Below, one piece after another: positions 37,161 through 46,399 of a DNA stretch of 64,000 nucleotides. The stretch lies in contig DATJUA010000053.1 of NCBI GenBank assembly GCA_035502815.1, positions 4,415 through 68,414 on the forward strand. The letters are read 5' to 3'. Both the position numbers and the translations under genes were made by a program. Origin of the DNA: Solirubrobacteraceae bacterium (lineage in GTDB: Bacteria; Actinomycetota; Thermoleophilia; Solirubrobacterales; Solirubrobacteraceae). The notes below the pieces were generated by a model. That model was not told the origin of the DNA. It was given only the letters and a program-made list of their open reading frames with translations, and searched no databases. Position 1 is the stretch's first letter. The number at the start of each line of letters is the position of its first letter.

Positions 37161-38680
37161 CTGGCCACACGCCTGCGCAGGGTCTCGTAGGTGAGGCCAT
37201 ATTTCTCGGCGATGGCCGCGGCGTAAGCGAGCCCGTCGGCCGGCTTGCGCACGACTTTGTAGGTTCGGACGGCCGGATCCTCGGGCACCACCATGCTCAT
37301 CATGCTGACCGTGCTCGGGCCCAACTTCGAGAGCTCGTCGACGAACGTCACGAACACGCACAAGACGTCGAGGTCGATGATCTCCCTCACCACCTCGGTC
37401 CCGACCGCGAGTGCGTCGCGCAGCGTCGTCGATCCAAAACTCTCGTTCAGGATCAGCACGCTGTCGCCGGTCGCCCGTTCGAGGATCTCATGGATGCGGA
37501 ACAGCTCGTCCTCGAACTTGCCCCGCAATGTCTGGATGTCCTCCTCGCGCTCGAAATGGGTGAAGATCCGATCGGGCATGAACAGGCGAGCATCGGCTCC
37601 CGGAACAGGCAGCCCCAGGCTGGCCAGGTAGTGAAGCTGGCCGAACGTGCGCGCGAACGTAGTCTTGCCTCCGTTGTTCGGGCCGCTGACGACGAGGACC
37701 CGCTCCGGATCGTCGAGGTGAAAATCGTTACACACCACGGCCTCACCCTCGCTTGCCAGCTTGGCGGCCAGCGCGAGGTCGAATGTCGCGGTGGCGCGGA
37801 CCTCCTTGGAGCGAGCCGAGACGCGCGGGTGCGAGAACTCGAGGCTCTTCGCCTTGAGCGGCTCGATGTAATCGAGATAGGCGAGGTAGAACTGGACCTC
37901 TCGATCGAAGCGACCGATCGTCGGGTCGAGGTACTGATCGTTGCGCGCGCAGTAGTGCTCGAGCTTTGCGAAGGTCTCGGGGTAGAGCTGCGCCACGAGG
38001 TCCAGGATGCGCGCCTCGACATGGTTCATGTCCGCCCATTCGCGCAGTTTCACCCGATAGTCGGTGACCTCTCCCTGCCTGAATCTTTCGAAGGCGGCCT
38101 GAATCTCCTCGCTCATGTCCGGCTCGCCCTCGTACCTGGTCACTCGCACCCGGTTGCCCTTGATCTGGATCGCGTACCTGACGGCCGCAAGGTCGTTCAG
38201 CACCTCGCGCGTTTCCTGGAGCAGCCGCGTGAAGACGTCCGTCTGGACATAGTGGCTTACGTAATCACGGAGCATCAGGAAGCCCTGTGAACGCAGCTTG
38301 GGCGCACGCAGGCGATCGCGCAATCCCCGTACGACATCGCAATACACCGCGACCGTCTCGATGAACCAGCGCTGTCTCTGGCGAGCGTGGTGCAGGCTCT
38401 CGATCAGCTCGAGGTGCTTGCGCGCTCGTTGCATTCCGCGGGCGAACTCCCGTACCGCGGCGAGCAAGGGCTCCTGCTCCAGGTCGCTGAGCACGTGATG
38501 GCGGTAATGAACCGACTCGACGTCATGCAGCGGCTGATAGAACAGGGGCGCGAGGTCGTACTCCTCGCGCCCCGCGGTGAGCGAATGCACGATCTGGTCC
38601 AGGTGAAGGTCGGCGAAGAACCCTGGCTCTTCGCGCCGAGCATTGACACCGTCGTCGCGGTCGAACAGGATGCTATGCAT
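37157..38680 (-). CDS. MutS-related ATPase (domain V only) A
   Basis: SGPNNGGKTT, FTHFEREED, LNESFGST and FVTF motifs. Confidence 0.88.
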   Translation of the reverse strand: MHSILFDRDDGVNARREEPGFFADLHLDQIVHSLTAGREEYDLAPLFYQPLHDVESVHYRHHVLSDLEQEPLLAAVREFARGMQRARKHLELIESLHHARQRQRWFIETVAVYCDVVRGLRDRLRAPKLRSQGFLMLRDYVSHYVQTDVFTRLLQETREVLNDLAAVRYAIQIKGNRVRVTRYEGEPDMSEEIQAAFERFRQGEVTDYRVKLREWADMNHVEARILDLVAQLYPETFAKLEHYCARNDQYLDPTIGRFDREVQFYLAYLDYIEPLKAKSLEFSHPRVSARSKEVRATATFDLALAAKLASEGEAVVCNDFHLDDPERVLVVSGPNNGGKTTFARTFGQLHYLASLGLPVPGADARLFMPDRIFTHFEREEDIQTLRGKFEDELFRIHEILERATGDSVLILNESFGSTTLRDALAVGTEVVREIIDLDVLCVFVTFVDELSKLGPSTVSMMSMVVPEDPAVRTYKVVRKPADGLAYAAAIAEKYGLTYETLRRRVAR

Positions 38681-38703
38681 TCGCTTCCACCGGTCTGCGT
38701 TCG

Positions 38704-38753
38704 GTAGAAGCCATCAGCCGCGCAGGCGGTTTAGGAGGCGGGCCTCATCGCCT
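38704..38753 (-). ncRNA. Fluoride riboswitch #4, upstream of the mutS-like/crcB operon
   Basis: AGGCG-AUGAGGCC-CGCCU-CCUAAACC-GCC..GGC-UGAU-GGCUUC-UAC. The 3' end GCUUCUACCG can pair with CGGUGGAAGC over the ribosome site at 38683-38692. Confidence 0.9.
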
Positions 38754-38775
38754 GGTGAAATCATAGCCATCGCGG

Positions 38776-39660
38776 ATGCAGAGATCGGTCGATCGGGCGC
38801 GAACGGCGCTTATGTTGCTGGCACTGACGGCCACCGTGGTAGCGGTCGCGGTGGCCGCGCGGTCGCCGCTTTCGCGATCGACGCCGGTGAACGCGACCGC
38901 TGCGCAGGGTCCCACGATCGCGCTCTTCGTGGCGTTGACTGGCCTCGGGATCGTCATGCTCGGAGCCCTGTTCGGCGTCGCATGGTCCGGCCGCCGGCGC
39001 AAGGACGACCCGCCCGAGCCGGAACCGACCCGGGTCGAGCTGCCCTGGACCGCGAAGCTGATTGGGGTGCTCTTGCTGGTCGCGATGGGTGCCGCGCTGG
39101 TCGCGGCCGCGGTAGTCGGCGCCCGCTCGACGCGCACTACGCGGCAGCTCGGCGGCGGCGTGCTCGGCGCGCCACGCTCGCCCGGGTTAGGACCGGGCCG
39201 AACGACGGGCGGCTTCGTGGTGCCGTCATGGCTCCCCTGGGTGGCGCTCGGGCTCGTGGCTCTGGCGGCTGCCGCGGGCCTGCTCGCACTCTGGCTTTCG
39301 CGAGATCGGTTCTCGAGGCAGGCGCGTGAGCCGGATGCGACCGGCGCGGCGGTCGCGGCTGCGATCGACGCCCTCGATGCCGACTCCGATCCGCGTCGTG
39401 GCGTGATCGCCGCCTACGGTGCGATGCACCGTACGCTCGGGGACTACGGCGTTGTTCACTCGCCCGCCGAGGCGCCCCGTGAGTACCTGCGCAGGGTGCT
39501 GCTCCAGAGAGGAGCGACCGAGGATGAGGCCACCACCCTGACGGGCTTGTTCGAGGAAGCTCGCTACAGCACGCATCCGATCCCCGAGCGTCTCCGGGGG
39601 CTGGCTCTGTCCGCGCTGCGGTCGCTCCAGGCGCGGTTGGGTGCCGAGGGGGCGAAGTGA
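38776..39660 (+). CDS. DUF4129-type membrane protein
   Basis: Four hydrophobic segments; DPR..VIAAY..M, EAPREYL.R and LT.LFEEARYS.H motifs. Confidence 0.8.
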   Translation: MQRSVDRARTALMLLALTATVVAVAVAARSPLSRSTPVNATAAQGPTIALFVALTGLGIVMLGALFGVAWSGRRRKDDPPEPEPTRVELPWTAKLIGVLLLVAMGAALVAAAVVGARSTRTTRQLGGGVLGAPRSPGLGPGRTTGGFVVPSWLPWVALGLVALAAAAGLLALWLSRDRFSRQAREPDATGAAVAAAIDALDADSDPRRGVIAAYGAMHRTLGDYGVVHSPAEAPREYLRRVLLQRGATEDEATTLTGLFEEARYSTHPIPERLRGLALSALRSLQARLGAEGAK

Positions 39661-40064
39661 CGCTCTTGCTGGAGATCGCGCTCGTCGTGCTCGCCGGCAT
39701 CGGGCTGGTGGTGTGCCTCGCTCTCCTCCCGGGCGCGCCCCGCGCGCCCGCGCCGCGCCCGGCGCCCGGGCAACCACGGCCCGCGCAGCTGGTCGACCTC
39801 GAGCGCCTGGTGATCACGGCCCGGACCAGCGCGGTCCAGGCGCACGCTTATCTGCGACCGCGGCTGATTGAGATTGCGTCCTACCGGCTCGCCGCCCGCG
39901 GGCAGACACTTGGGCGACTGCCGGACCCAGTCGGACGGGAGCTTCTCGGCGATCGTCTTTGGGACATGGTCCGCCCAGACCGACCGTTCCCCGAGGATCG
40001 GCACGGTCCGGGCGTTCGGGCGCAGGAGCTTGAAGGAATGGTCGAACTGCTCGAGCGGCTGTGA
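39657..40064 (+). CDS. Hypothetical membrane-anchored protein of DUF4129/DUF58 operons
   Basis: Coupled GTGA overlaps on both sides; N-terminal TM; LRPRL..LLG..LW.....LERL pattern. Confidence 0.7.
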   Translation: MTLLLEIALVVLAGIGLVVCLALLPGAPRAPAPRPAPGQPRPAQLVDLERLVITARTSAVQAHAYLRPRLIEIASYRLAARGQTLGRLPDPVGRELLGDRLWDMVRPDRPFPEDRHGPGVRAQELEGMVELLERL

Positions 40065-41338
40065 GAGGGTCGCTCTCACCCCGGATCCGCGGTGTCCTGG
40101 CCGTGGCCGCAACCGGGATGATCGCGGCGCTCGCGACCGGTCGGCCCGAACTCGCCGTGCTCGCGGCCCCCTTCCTGATCTTTGCTGGGGCCGGGCTGTT
40201 CCTCGCCGGCGAGCCGCGGGTGGTGGCCGACATTGAACTCGAGCGAGCGCGACTGCTCGAAGGCGAGGCGGTCGCCGCGACGGCCCGCCTGAGCAACGAA
40301 GCCGGGCGGGCGGTTAACGTCGAGCTGGTCCCGGCGCACCCGGGGCAGCTCGTGCTCGAGCCGTCCGGCGCACTCGGGGTGCTCGTGCCCGCGAAGGGTG
40401 AGACGGCGATCAGGTTCTCGCTGCGGCCGGCCCGATGGGGCGCGTACTCGGTCGGGCCGCTGGTCATCCGTGTCCGCGATCCGCTCGGCCTGGTGATCTG
40501 GGAGGGAACCCTCGGACGGCGCCTGAACCTGCGCGTGTTCCCCCGGGAAGAGCGGCTGCGAGAGCTGGTTGCCCCATCGCGGACCCGGCCGTTCCTCGGC
40601 AACCACGTCGCCCGGTCGCGGGGAGAAGGGATCGAGTTCGCCGACGTCCGACCGTTTCAGGTGGGCGACCGCGTCCGGCGGGTGAACTGGCGGGCGACGG
40701 CGAGGCGCGGGGCGCTCCAGGTGAACGACCGCCATCCCGAGCATTCGAGCGACGTCGTCCTGCTGCTCGACACCTTCGCGGAGGCCCGGGACGCGGCCAG
40801 CGGCACGCTCGATTCCGCGGTCCGGGCGGCCGCCGCGCTGGCCAGGGCCCATCTGGCACGGCGCGATCGCGTCGGGGTGGTGGATTTCGGCGGCACACTC
40901 CACTGGTTGGAGCCGGCGTTCGGGACCAACCAGCTCTACCGGATCATCGATGCGTTGCTGGCGAGCGACGTTGCGTTCAGCTACGCCTGGCGGGACGCCG
41001 TAAGCCTCCCGCGGCGGGTCCTGCCGCCGGGTGCGCTGATCCTCGCGATTACGCCGCTGCTCGACGAGCGCTCGATCGCTCTGGTCACGGACCTCGCCAG
41101 GCGTGGCTGCGACCTGACGGTCGTCGAGGTTTCCCCGTTTGACCACGTTCGGCCGGGTCCCTCGGCATCGGACGCGCTCGCCTACCGGCTCTGGCACCTC
41201 GAGCGCGACGCGCTCCGGGCGCGGCTGCGGGCCCTGGGCATCGCCGTCGCGGTCTGGGACCCGGACTTGACGCTCGGACCGGCACTTGAGGAGGTGAACG
41301 CATTCCGGCGCTCCGCCCGGCACGCCGCGTTCGCCTAG
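40061..41338 (+). CDS. DUF58 (vWA-like) MoxR-associated protein
   Basis: GEGIEFADVRPFQVGD..RRVNWRATAR, VVLLLD and DRVGVV motifs. Confidence 0.88.
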   Translation: MRGSLSPRIRGVLAVAATGMIAALATGRPELAVLAAPFLIFAGAGLFLAGEPRVVADIELERARLLEGEAVAATARLSNEAGRAVNVELVPAHPGQLVLEPSGALGVLVPAKGETAIRFSLRPARWGAYSVGPLVIRVRDPLGLVIWEGTLGRRLNLRVFPREERLRELVAPSRTRPFLGNHVARSRGEGIEFADVRPFQVGDRVRRVNWRATARRGALQVNDRHPEHSSDVVLLLDTFAEARDAASGTLDSAVRAAAALARAHLARRDRVGVVDFGGTLHWLEPAFGTNQLYRIIDALLASDVAFSYAWRDAVSLPRRVLPPGALILAITPLLDERSIALVTDLARRGCDLTVVEVSPFDHVRPGPSASDALAYRLWHLERDALRARLRALGIAVAVWDPDLTLGPALEEVNAFRRSARHAAFA

Positions 41339-41838
41339 TGTTGGCCGTTGCGGCGCTGATGATCCTGGTGGGGCTGGTCGCGCTGGTGGTGACCGACGCC
41401 GGGTCCGCGAGCGAGCTGGCGTGGCTTGGCGCCGGCACAGCGGCGGCGTTGCTCGCGGCCGGGATGGCCGCGGGATCACCTGGCCCGGTGCACGCGGCTG
41501 TGCTCCTTCTGGGCGCGATCTTCCTCGCGCGTCACGATCTGCGTCTCCTACTAGCTCCGCTTTACGGCGCCGGACTGCTCCAGTTGGAGGCCCTCGCGAC
41601 GCGGACGATCGAGCTCCGGGGTGTCGCGCTGATCGCTCCGGAGGCGATCTGGTCGCGGACCGCGGCGACCCTTTTAGTCGCTGCGGTCGGGGCATGTGTG
41701 GCAGCCGCGGCGGCGCTCGTCGTGACCGTGGGGCCAGGACGCTCCGTGGCTCTCACCGCCGCTGGTGCGATTGCGGCCGTGGGAGCATTTGCCGCGATCG
41801 CCCGGTTTGCTCGCGGTCGTTATCGTCGTTCCGAGTAG
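41338..41838 (+). CDS. Hypothetical integral membrane protein
   Basis: 166 aa, mostly hydrophobic, coupled to the DUF58 stop. Confidence 0.7.
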   Translation: MLAVAALMILVGLVALVVTDAGSASELAWLGAGTAAALLAAGMAAGSPGPVHAAVLLLGAIFLARHDLRLLLAPLYGAGLLQLEALATRTIELRGVALIAPEAIWSRTAATLLVAAVGACVAAAAALVVTVGPGRSVALTAAGAIAAVGAFAAIARFARGRYRRSE

Positions 41839-42077
41839 CTATCGGGCGTGCGCCGGACGCCTGGGGGTCGTAGGACCCGCCGGACGAACACGGGGCACCG
41901 ATCGGCCTTCGACGCGTCCAGGCGCCGCGGCTGAAACAGCTCCATGGCGATCCGCGGGTGCCGGCAGAACCCTCGAATCTCATAGCCCGAGTCGTCGGTG
42001 AACGGTGGCGAGGCAGCCTGGAAGTACAGGCACTCAGGACACTGCTGGGGCAGGTACGGCCAGCTGGCATGAGTCAT
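41820..42077 (-). CDS. Small Cys-rich hypothetical protein
   Basis: MTHASWPYLPQQCPECLYF...GFCRHP...DRCPVF fills the gap before the HAD gene; no clear RBS. Confidence 0.55.
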   Translation of the reverse strand: MTHASWPYLPQQCPECLYFQAASPPFTDDSGYEIRGFCRHPRIAMELFQPRRLDASKADRCPVFVRRVLRPPGVRRTPDSYSERR

Positions 42078-42158
42078 GATCAGTGCTCGACCACTCAGCG
42101 CGACGTGGAGGCTCTGGATGTATTCTCGTGTACAAGCTGGACAGGACGAAACCGCGGT

Positions 42159-42623
42159 ATGACCCTCGTCGTCCCCATCCCTGGACGCGACGACCTGCGG
42201 CTCGGACACCTGATCCTCGATGTGAACGGGACCCTGACTAATCGCGGCGTCCTGATCGGGGGTGTCGAGGAGCGGATCGCCCGCCTGCGCGAGGCGCTCG
42301 ATGTCCACCTGGTCTCGGCTGATACGTTCGGCACCGTCGATGAGATCGCCCGTCGCCTCGGGGTGGGCGCCGTGCGCGCGTCGACCGGCACGGATAAGGC
42401 GGCGGCACTCGACGTATTGGGGCCTGACCGATGCGCGGTGATCGGCAACGGAGCGAATGATGCGCTCGTGCTGGAGGCGGCCGCGGTCGGCTTTGCCGTC
42501 CTCGGACCGGAGGGCGCGAGCGCCGCCGCGTTGCGCGCCGCGGATGTCGTGTGCGCGTCGGCCGCGGACGCGCTTGATCTGATGCTCGATCCGAAGGCGC
42601 TCTCCGCCACGTTGCGGCCGTAG
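42159..42623 (+). CDS. HAD-superfamily hydrolase (soluble P-type ATPase-like)
   Basis: LILDVNGTL, SADTFG, K and IGNGAND motifs, plus GPEG. Confidence 0.85.
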   Translation: MTLVVPIPGRDDLRLGHLILDVNGTLTNRGVLIGGVEERIARLREALDVHLVSADTFGTVDEIARRLGVGAVRASTGTDKAAALDVLGPDRCAVIGNGANDALVLEAAAVGFAVLGPEGASAAALRAADVVCASAADALDLMLDPKALSATLRP

Positions 42624-42628
42624 GCCCG

Positions 42629-43006
42629 ATGCACTGGTGTTACAGCTGTTATGCCGTCAATCCTCACGCCAAGGGGCCGTGTGTCCGTTGCGGCCATCCG
42701 GTCGAGGGGCCCCCTGATCAGTCCTACGACGACCGGTTGATCTGGGCGCTCGGCCATCCTGATGGGGACCGAGCCGTGCTGGCCGCCCAGTCACTCGGTG
42801 CGCGCCGGGTTCGATCCGCGATGCCCGCGCTCCGCCGGACGGTCGATGAGGACCGCGACCCGTACCTGGCGGTGGCGGCCCTGCGGGCCGCGATCGCGAT
42901 CGCCGGGCGCGAAGAACTCCGCGACTGGTTGGAACAGCTGGCCGGGAGCGAGTCGTTCATGGTGCGCGAGATCGCACAGCAGGCGCTCCTGCCGGCGTCT
43001 ACCTAA
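42629..43006 (+). CDS. Zn-ribbon + HEAT-repeat protein
   Basis: CYSC..N.....CVRCG followed by LIWALGHPD..A..AA..LG HEAT-like repeats. Confidence 0.78.
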   Translation: MHWCYSCYAVNPHAKGPCVRCGHPVEGPPDQSYDDRLIWALGHPDGDRAVLAAQSLGARRVRSAMPALRRTVDEDRDPYLAVAALRAAIAIAGREELRDWLEQLAGSESFMVREIAQQALLPAST

Positions 43007-43192
43007 GCGCCGGGCGGGGTCTAGATCGTAAGCGTCGGGCGGTCTGGATCGCGGCCCGGAAACGGTAGCGCCGACGGCGATATCGGCCGCCTGGTCAGGT
43101 GATCAGCACGCCGGTGGCGGCGGTGAACACGCGGCCGATCGGGACGGACCACCGTCCGCGGCCTCGCTATATTTGGATCGCAGTCGCAGGAC

Positions 43193-43249
43193 GGCGATGG
43201 AGTTCGCCGGGCCGGGTGGCCAAACCGCCTTCGGGCTGATAGCTCCTAC
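43193..43249 (+). ncRNA. Fluoride riboswitch #5, upstream of Ehr operon 2
   Basis: GGCG-AUGGAGUU-CGCC-(GGCC..GGCC)-AAACC-GCC-UUCG-GGC-UGAU-AGCUCC-UAC. GCUCCUACGC (43242-43251) can pair with GCGUAGGAGC (43272-43281). TATATT at 43168. Confidence 0.92.
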
Positions 43250-43295
43250 GCATCAGCGTTTTCACACGCGCGCGTAGGAGCCGAGCTCAGGAATC

Positions 43296-44249
43296 ATGCT
43301 GCCGCCATGGGTAATTCAGGCCTGCCAGGTGCTGGCCCTGCTTGTGTTCGCGCCGCTGATCAGCGGCGTGATCGCGAAGGCGGAGGCGCGGGTGCAGTGG
43401 CGGACCGGACCGTCGATCTTTCAGCCCTACTACGACATCGCCAAGTTTTTCCGCAAGGAGTCGGTTCGACCTGAGACGGCTTCGCCGTTCTTCGAGATCG
43501 CGCCGTTGATCGCGTTCGCGGCGTACTGCTCGATCGCGCTGCTCATTCCAGTGCTCACCAACTTCCCGCTGCCGCTCGGTACAGCGGGGGACATCCTGGG
43601 CGGGGCGCTGCTGTTCGGCCTGGCCGGATTCGTCACGGCCTTGGCCGGCGTCGACTCGGGGTCGGTGTACGCCGCGCTCGGCTCGAGCCGGACGCAGTCG
43701 GTGGCGACGCTCGTCGAGCCCACCCTGATCTTCGTCTTCTTCACGATCGCGCTGGTCACCGGGACCGATCTGCCTTACGCGATGAATGCGACGCTCGCGC
43801 ACTCGAGCTCGGAGTACTTCCGTCCCAGCCACCTGCTCGCCGCCGCCGCGTTCTTCGCGATGCTGCTGGTGGACACGGGTCGGGTGCCGATCGAGAGCCA
43901 GGGCTCGACGCTCGAGTTCGGGATGATCGACGAGGCGCGGCTGTTCGAGCACTCCGGGCCCGCGCTCGCACTGTTCCGGTGGGCCTCGACGATGAAGCAG
44001 TTCCTGCTCTACGTCGTGTTCCTCAACGTCCTCGTCGTGCCCTGGGGCCTTGCCTCGAACCGAACGGTGGGAGCGGTCGCGGTCGCGCTCGGTTGGCTGC
44101 TTGTGAAGATGATCGGGTTGGGCCTGGCCATGGTGGTGATCGAGTCGAGCTTCGCCAAGCTGCGGCTGTTCCGCATCCCCGACTTCATGGGGGCCGGGTT
44201 CGTTCTCTCCGTGCTGGCGATCCTCGTCTTCTACCTGGCGAACGGCTGA
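43296..44249 (+). CDS. hyfC: Ehr/Hyf complex 2, HyfC/HycD-like subunit
   Basis: GPSIFQPYYDI.K, LGSSR, DTGRVPIE, GMIDE....EHSG and AKLRLFR motifs. Confidence 0.9.
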   Translation: MLPPWVIQACQVLALLVFAPLISGVIAKAEARVQWRTGPSIFQPYYDIAKFFRKESVRPETASPFFEIAPLIAFAAYCSIALLIPVLTNFPLPLGTAGDILGGALLFGLAGFVTALAGVDSGSVYAALGSSRTQSVATLVEPTLIFVFFTIALVTGTDLPYAMNATLAHSSSEYFRPSHLLAAAAFFAMLLVDTGRVPIESQGSTLEFGMIDEARLFEHSGPALALFRWASTMKQFLLYVVFLNVLVVPWGLASNRTVGAVAVALGWLLVKMIGLGLAMVVIESSFAKLRLFRIPDFMGAGFVLSVLAILVFYLANG

Positions 44250-44252
44250 TCG

Positions 44253-44924
44253 ATGCCCGCCGCTCCGCACTACGACTTCGCGCAGGCCGTCGCGGCACTG
44301 CTCGCGATCGGCGCGCTCCTGAGCGCACTCGCGCTGCTCGCGGTCAAGCAGGTTCACGAGCAGGTGCGGGTGTACGCGGTGCAGTCAGTGGTCGCCGCGG
44401 GTTACACGCTGCTGGTGGGGATCGACCGGGCGGAAGTCGCGCTGATCGTCCTCGCGGCGTTCACAGCCGTCATCAAGGTGATCCTGATCCCGGTCTCGAT
44501 CGATCGGCAGATAACGCGCCAGGTCTCCGAGCACGAGGTTCCCCTCGTCGTACAGGTCCCGATGTCGCTGCTCATCGGCGTCGCGCTCGCGGGGCTGGCC
44601 TACTGGTCGGCATCGGTGCTGCCGATCCACGGAGCGCTGTTGCCGACCCCGGCGCTGGGGATGCCGCTGGCGCTGGTGCTCGTCGGGTTCTTCTTCATGA
44701 TCACCAGGCAGAACGTCATCAGCCAGATCGTCGGACTACTGGTGCTCGAGAACGGCGTGTTCCTCGCCACGGTGGCGATCGCGCCGGGACTCCCGTTCGC
44801 GATCGGGTTCCTATTGCTCCTCGACCTGTTGCCCGCCGTCCTCTTCTACGGCGTGTTCGCTCGGCTCATCGCCGCGCGGGCCAAGACCACCAGCATCGAG
44901 GACATGGCGGTGCTGCGCGGCTGA
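44253..44924 (+). CDS. hyfE: Ehr/Hyf complex 2, HyfE-like subunit
   Basis: YAVQS, IKVILIP and SQIVGLLVLENG motifs. Confidence 0.87.
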   Translation: MPAAPHYDFAQAVAALLAIGALLSALALLAVKQVHEQVRVYAVQSVVAAGYTLLVGIDRAEVALIVLAAFTAVIKVILIPVSIDRQITRQVSEHEVPLVVQVPMSLLIGVALAGLAYWSASVLPIHGALLPTPALGMPLALVLVGFFFMITRQNVISQIVGLLVLENGVFLATVAIAPGLPFAIGFLLLLDLLPAVLFYGVFARLIAARAKTTSIEDMAVLRG

Positions 44925-46399
44925 TGGCGGTCTGGCTCGTGATCGCACTGGGGCTTGCCCTGCTCGCGGCGTGCGGCACGCTGGCCATCGGCGACCGGGC
45001 TGCCAGCGGCTGGATCTCCGCGGGGGCCGCCGTGGGGGCGTTCGCCGCCTCGCTTGTCGCTGTGTTCGCGTACCACGTGAGCGAGGGCCGCCACGCTCTC
45101 GGCGGAGCCTTCTTCCTCGACGGCCTGAGCGGCGTGTTCCTGATCTCCGTCGCGTTCGTCTACGCCGTCGTGGCCATCTACTCGGTCGGCTATTTGAAGC
45201 CTGGCATCGGGCACGTGCGACTGCGGCGCGTGTACTGGCCGCTGTTGAACCTGTTCGGACTCGCGCTGTTGGCGACGCCGATGGTCGCGAACCTAGGCGT
45301 GCTGTGGGTGTCGGTCGAGCTCACGACGGTGGTCAGCGCGCTCTTGGTGACGAGCGAAGGCTCCGATCAGTCGCTCGAGGCTGGCTGGAAGTACATCGTG
45401 CTCGGCTCGGCCGGGCTGGCGCTCGGTCTGCTCGGAATCGTCCTCATTTACGCCGCCGGCGTCCCCACGCTGGGTGACCACTACACGCCCACCTACAGCA
45501 TCCTCGCCCACGCCGGTCCACACCTCAACCGCGCGCTGGTGCACGCCGGATTCGGCTTCGTGCTGGTCGGCTTCGGGACCAAGGTTGGGCTCGTGCCGAT
45601 GCACGCCTGGCTCCCGGACGCTCACTCGGAGGGCCCGAGCCCGGTCAGCGCGATGCTGTCCGGAGCACTGCTGGCCGGAGCGCTGTACGCGGTCCTGCGT
45701 CTCGGCGCGATCGCCCAGTTGGCCGTCGGGCCGACGTACGTCCACACCCTGCTGCTCGTGTTCGGCGCGCTCTCGCTCGTGATCGCCGCGTTCTTCGCCC
45801 TGCGCCAGACGAACTACAAGCGGCTGCTCGCGTACTCGTCGATCGAGCACATGGGGATCGTGTCGCTGGGCATCGGCATCGGCGGCCCGATCGCCGCCTA
45901 CGGGGCGTTCTTCCACATCGTCGTCCACGCAGCGGCCAAGACGCTCGCGTTCTTCGGCGCCGGCGACCTGCTCAGTCGCTACGAGAGCCGCGAGGTGGAC
46001 GACGTGCGCGGCGTCATATCGGTCGCCCCGTTCACCGGCGTCATGGTGCTCGTCGGTGCGCTGGCCATCACCGGCGTGCCGCCGTTCGGGATCTTCCGCT
46101 CCGAGCTGTTGATCGTCACGGGCGGGTTCTCGCGATCGAAGTTCGTGTTTGCCGGCCTGCTCGTCCTGTTCGCCAACGTCGCGTTCGTCGGCCTCTACCA
46201 GACGTTTCACCGCATGGTGCTGTCTCGGAGCGACAGCGCCGGCCGCGACGTTGCGAGACTGCGCCGGCGCGAGCAGCCGCTGATGGCCGTCGCGATGCTG
46301 GCCAGCCTGACCGTGGTGCTCGTGCTCGGATTGTGGATTCCCGGCCCACTTGACCAGCTGCTCCACAGCGCCGTCGGGGTGATCGGAGGGCGTACGTGA
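44924..46399 (+). CDS. hyfF: Ehr/Hyf complex 2, HyfF-like antiporter subunit
   Basis: ATG at 44924. WVSVELTT, EAGWKY, GFGTKVGLVPMHAWLPDAHSE and AYSSIEH motifs. Confidence 0.9.
   Translation: MAVWLVIALGLALLAACGTLAIGDRAASGWISAGAAVGAFAASLVAVFAYHVSEGRHALGGAFFLDGLSGVFLISVAFVYAVVAIYSVGYLKPGIGHVRLRRVYWPLLNLFGLALLATPMVANLGVLWVSVELTTVVSALLVTSEGSDQSLEAGWKYIVLGSAGLALGLLGIVLIYAAGVPTLGDHYTPTYSILAHAGPHLNRALVHAGFGFVLVGFGTKVGLVPMHAWLPDAHSEGPSPVSAMLSGALLAGALYAVLRLGAIAQLAVGPTYVHTLLLVFGALSLVIAAFFALRQTNYKRLLAYSSIEHMGIVSLGIGIGGPIAAYGAFFHIVVHAAAKTLAFFGAGDLLSRYESREVDDVRGVISVAPFTGVMVLVGALAITGVPPFGIFRSELLIVTGGFSRSKFVFAGLLVLFANVAFVGLYQTFHRMVLSRSDSAGRDVARLRRREQPLMAVAMLASLTVVLVLGLWIPGPLDQLLHSAVGVIGGRT

Noticed and set aside
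35637-38680. Canonical mismatch-repair mutS
   Set aside because: Too short, no recognisable mismatch-binding domain, altered Walker B and no mutL.
42078-42158. Seventh fluoride riboswitch upstream of the HAD gene
   Set aside because: No GAUG-stem or UGAU...CUAC pattern found on either strand.
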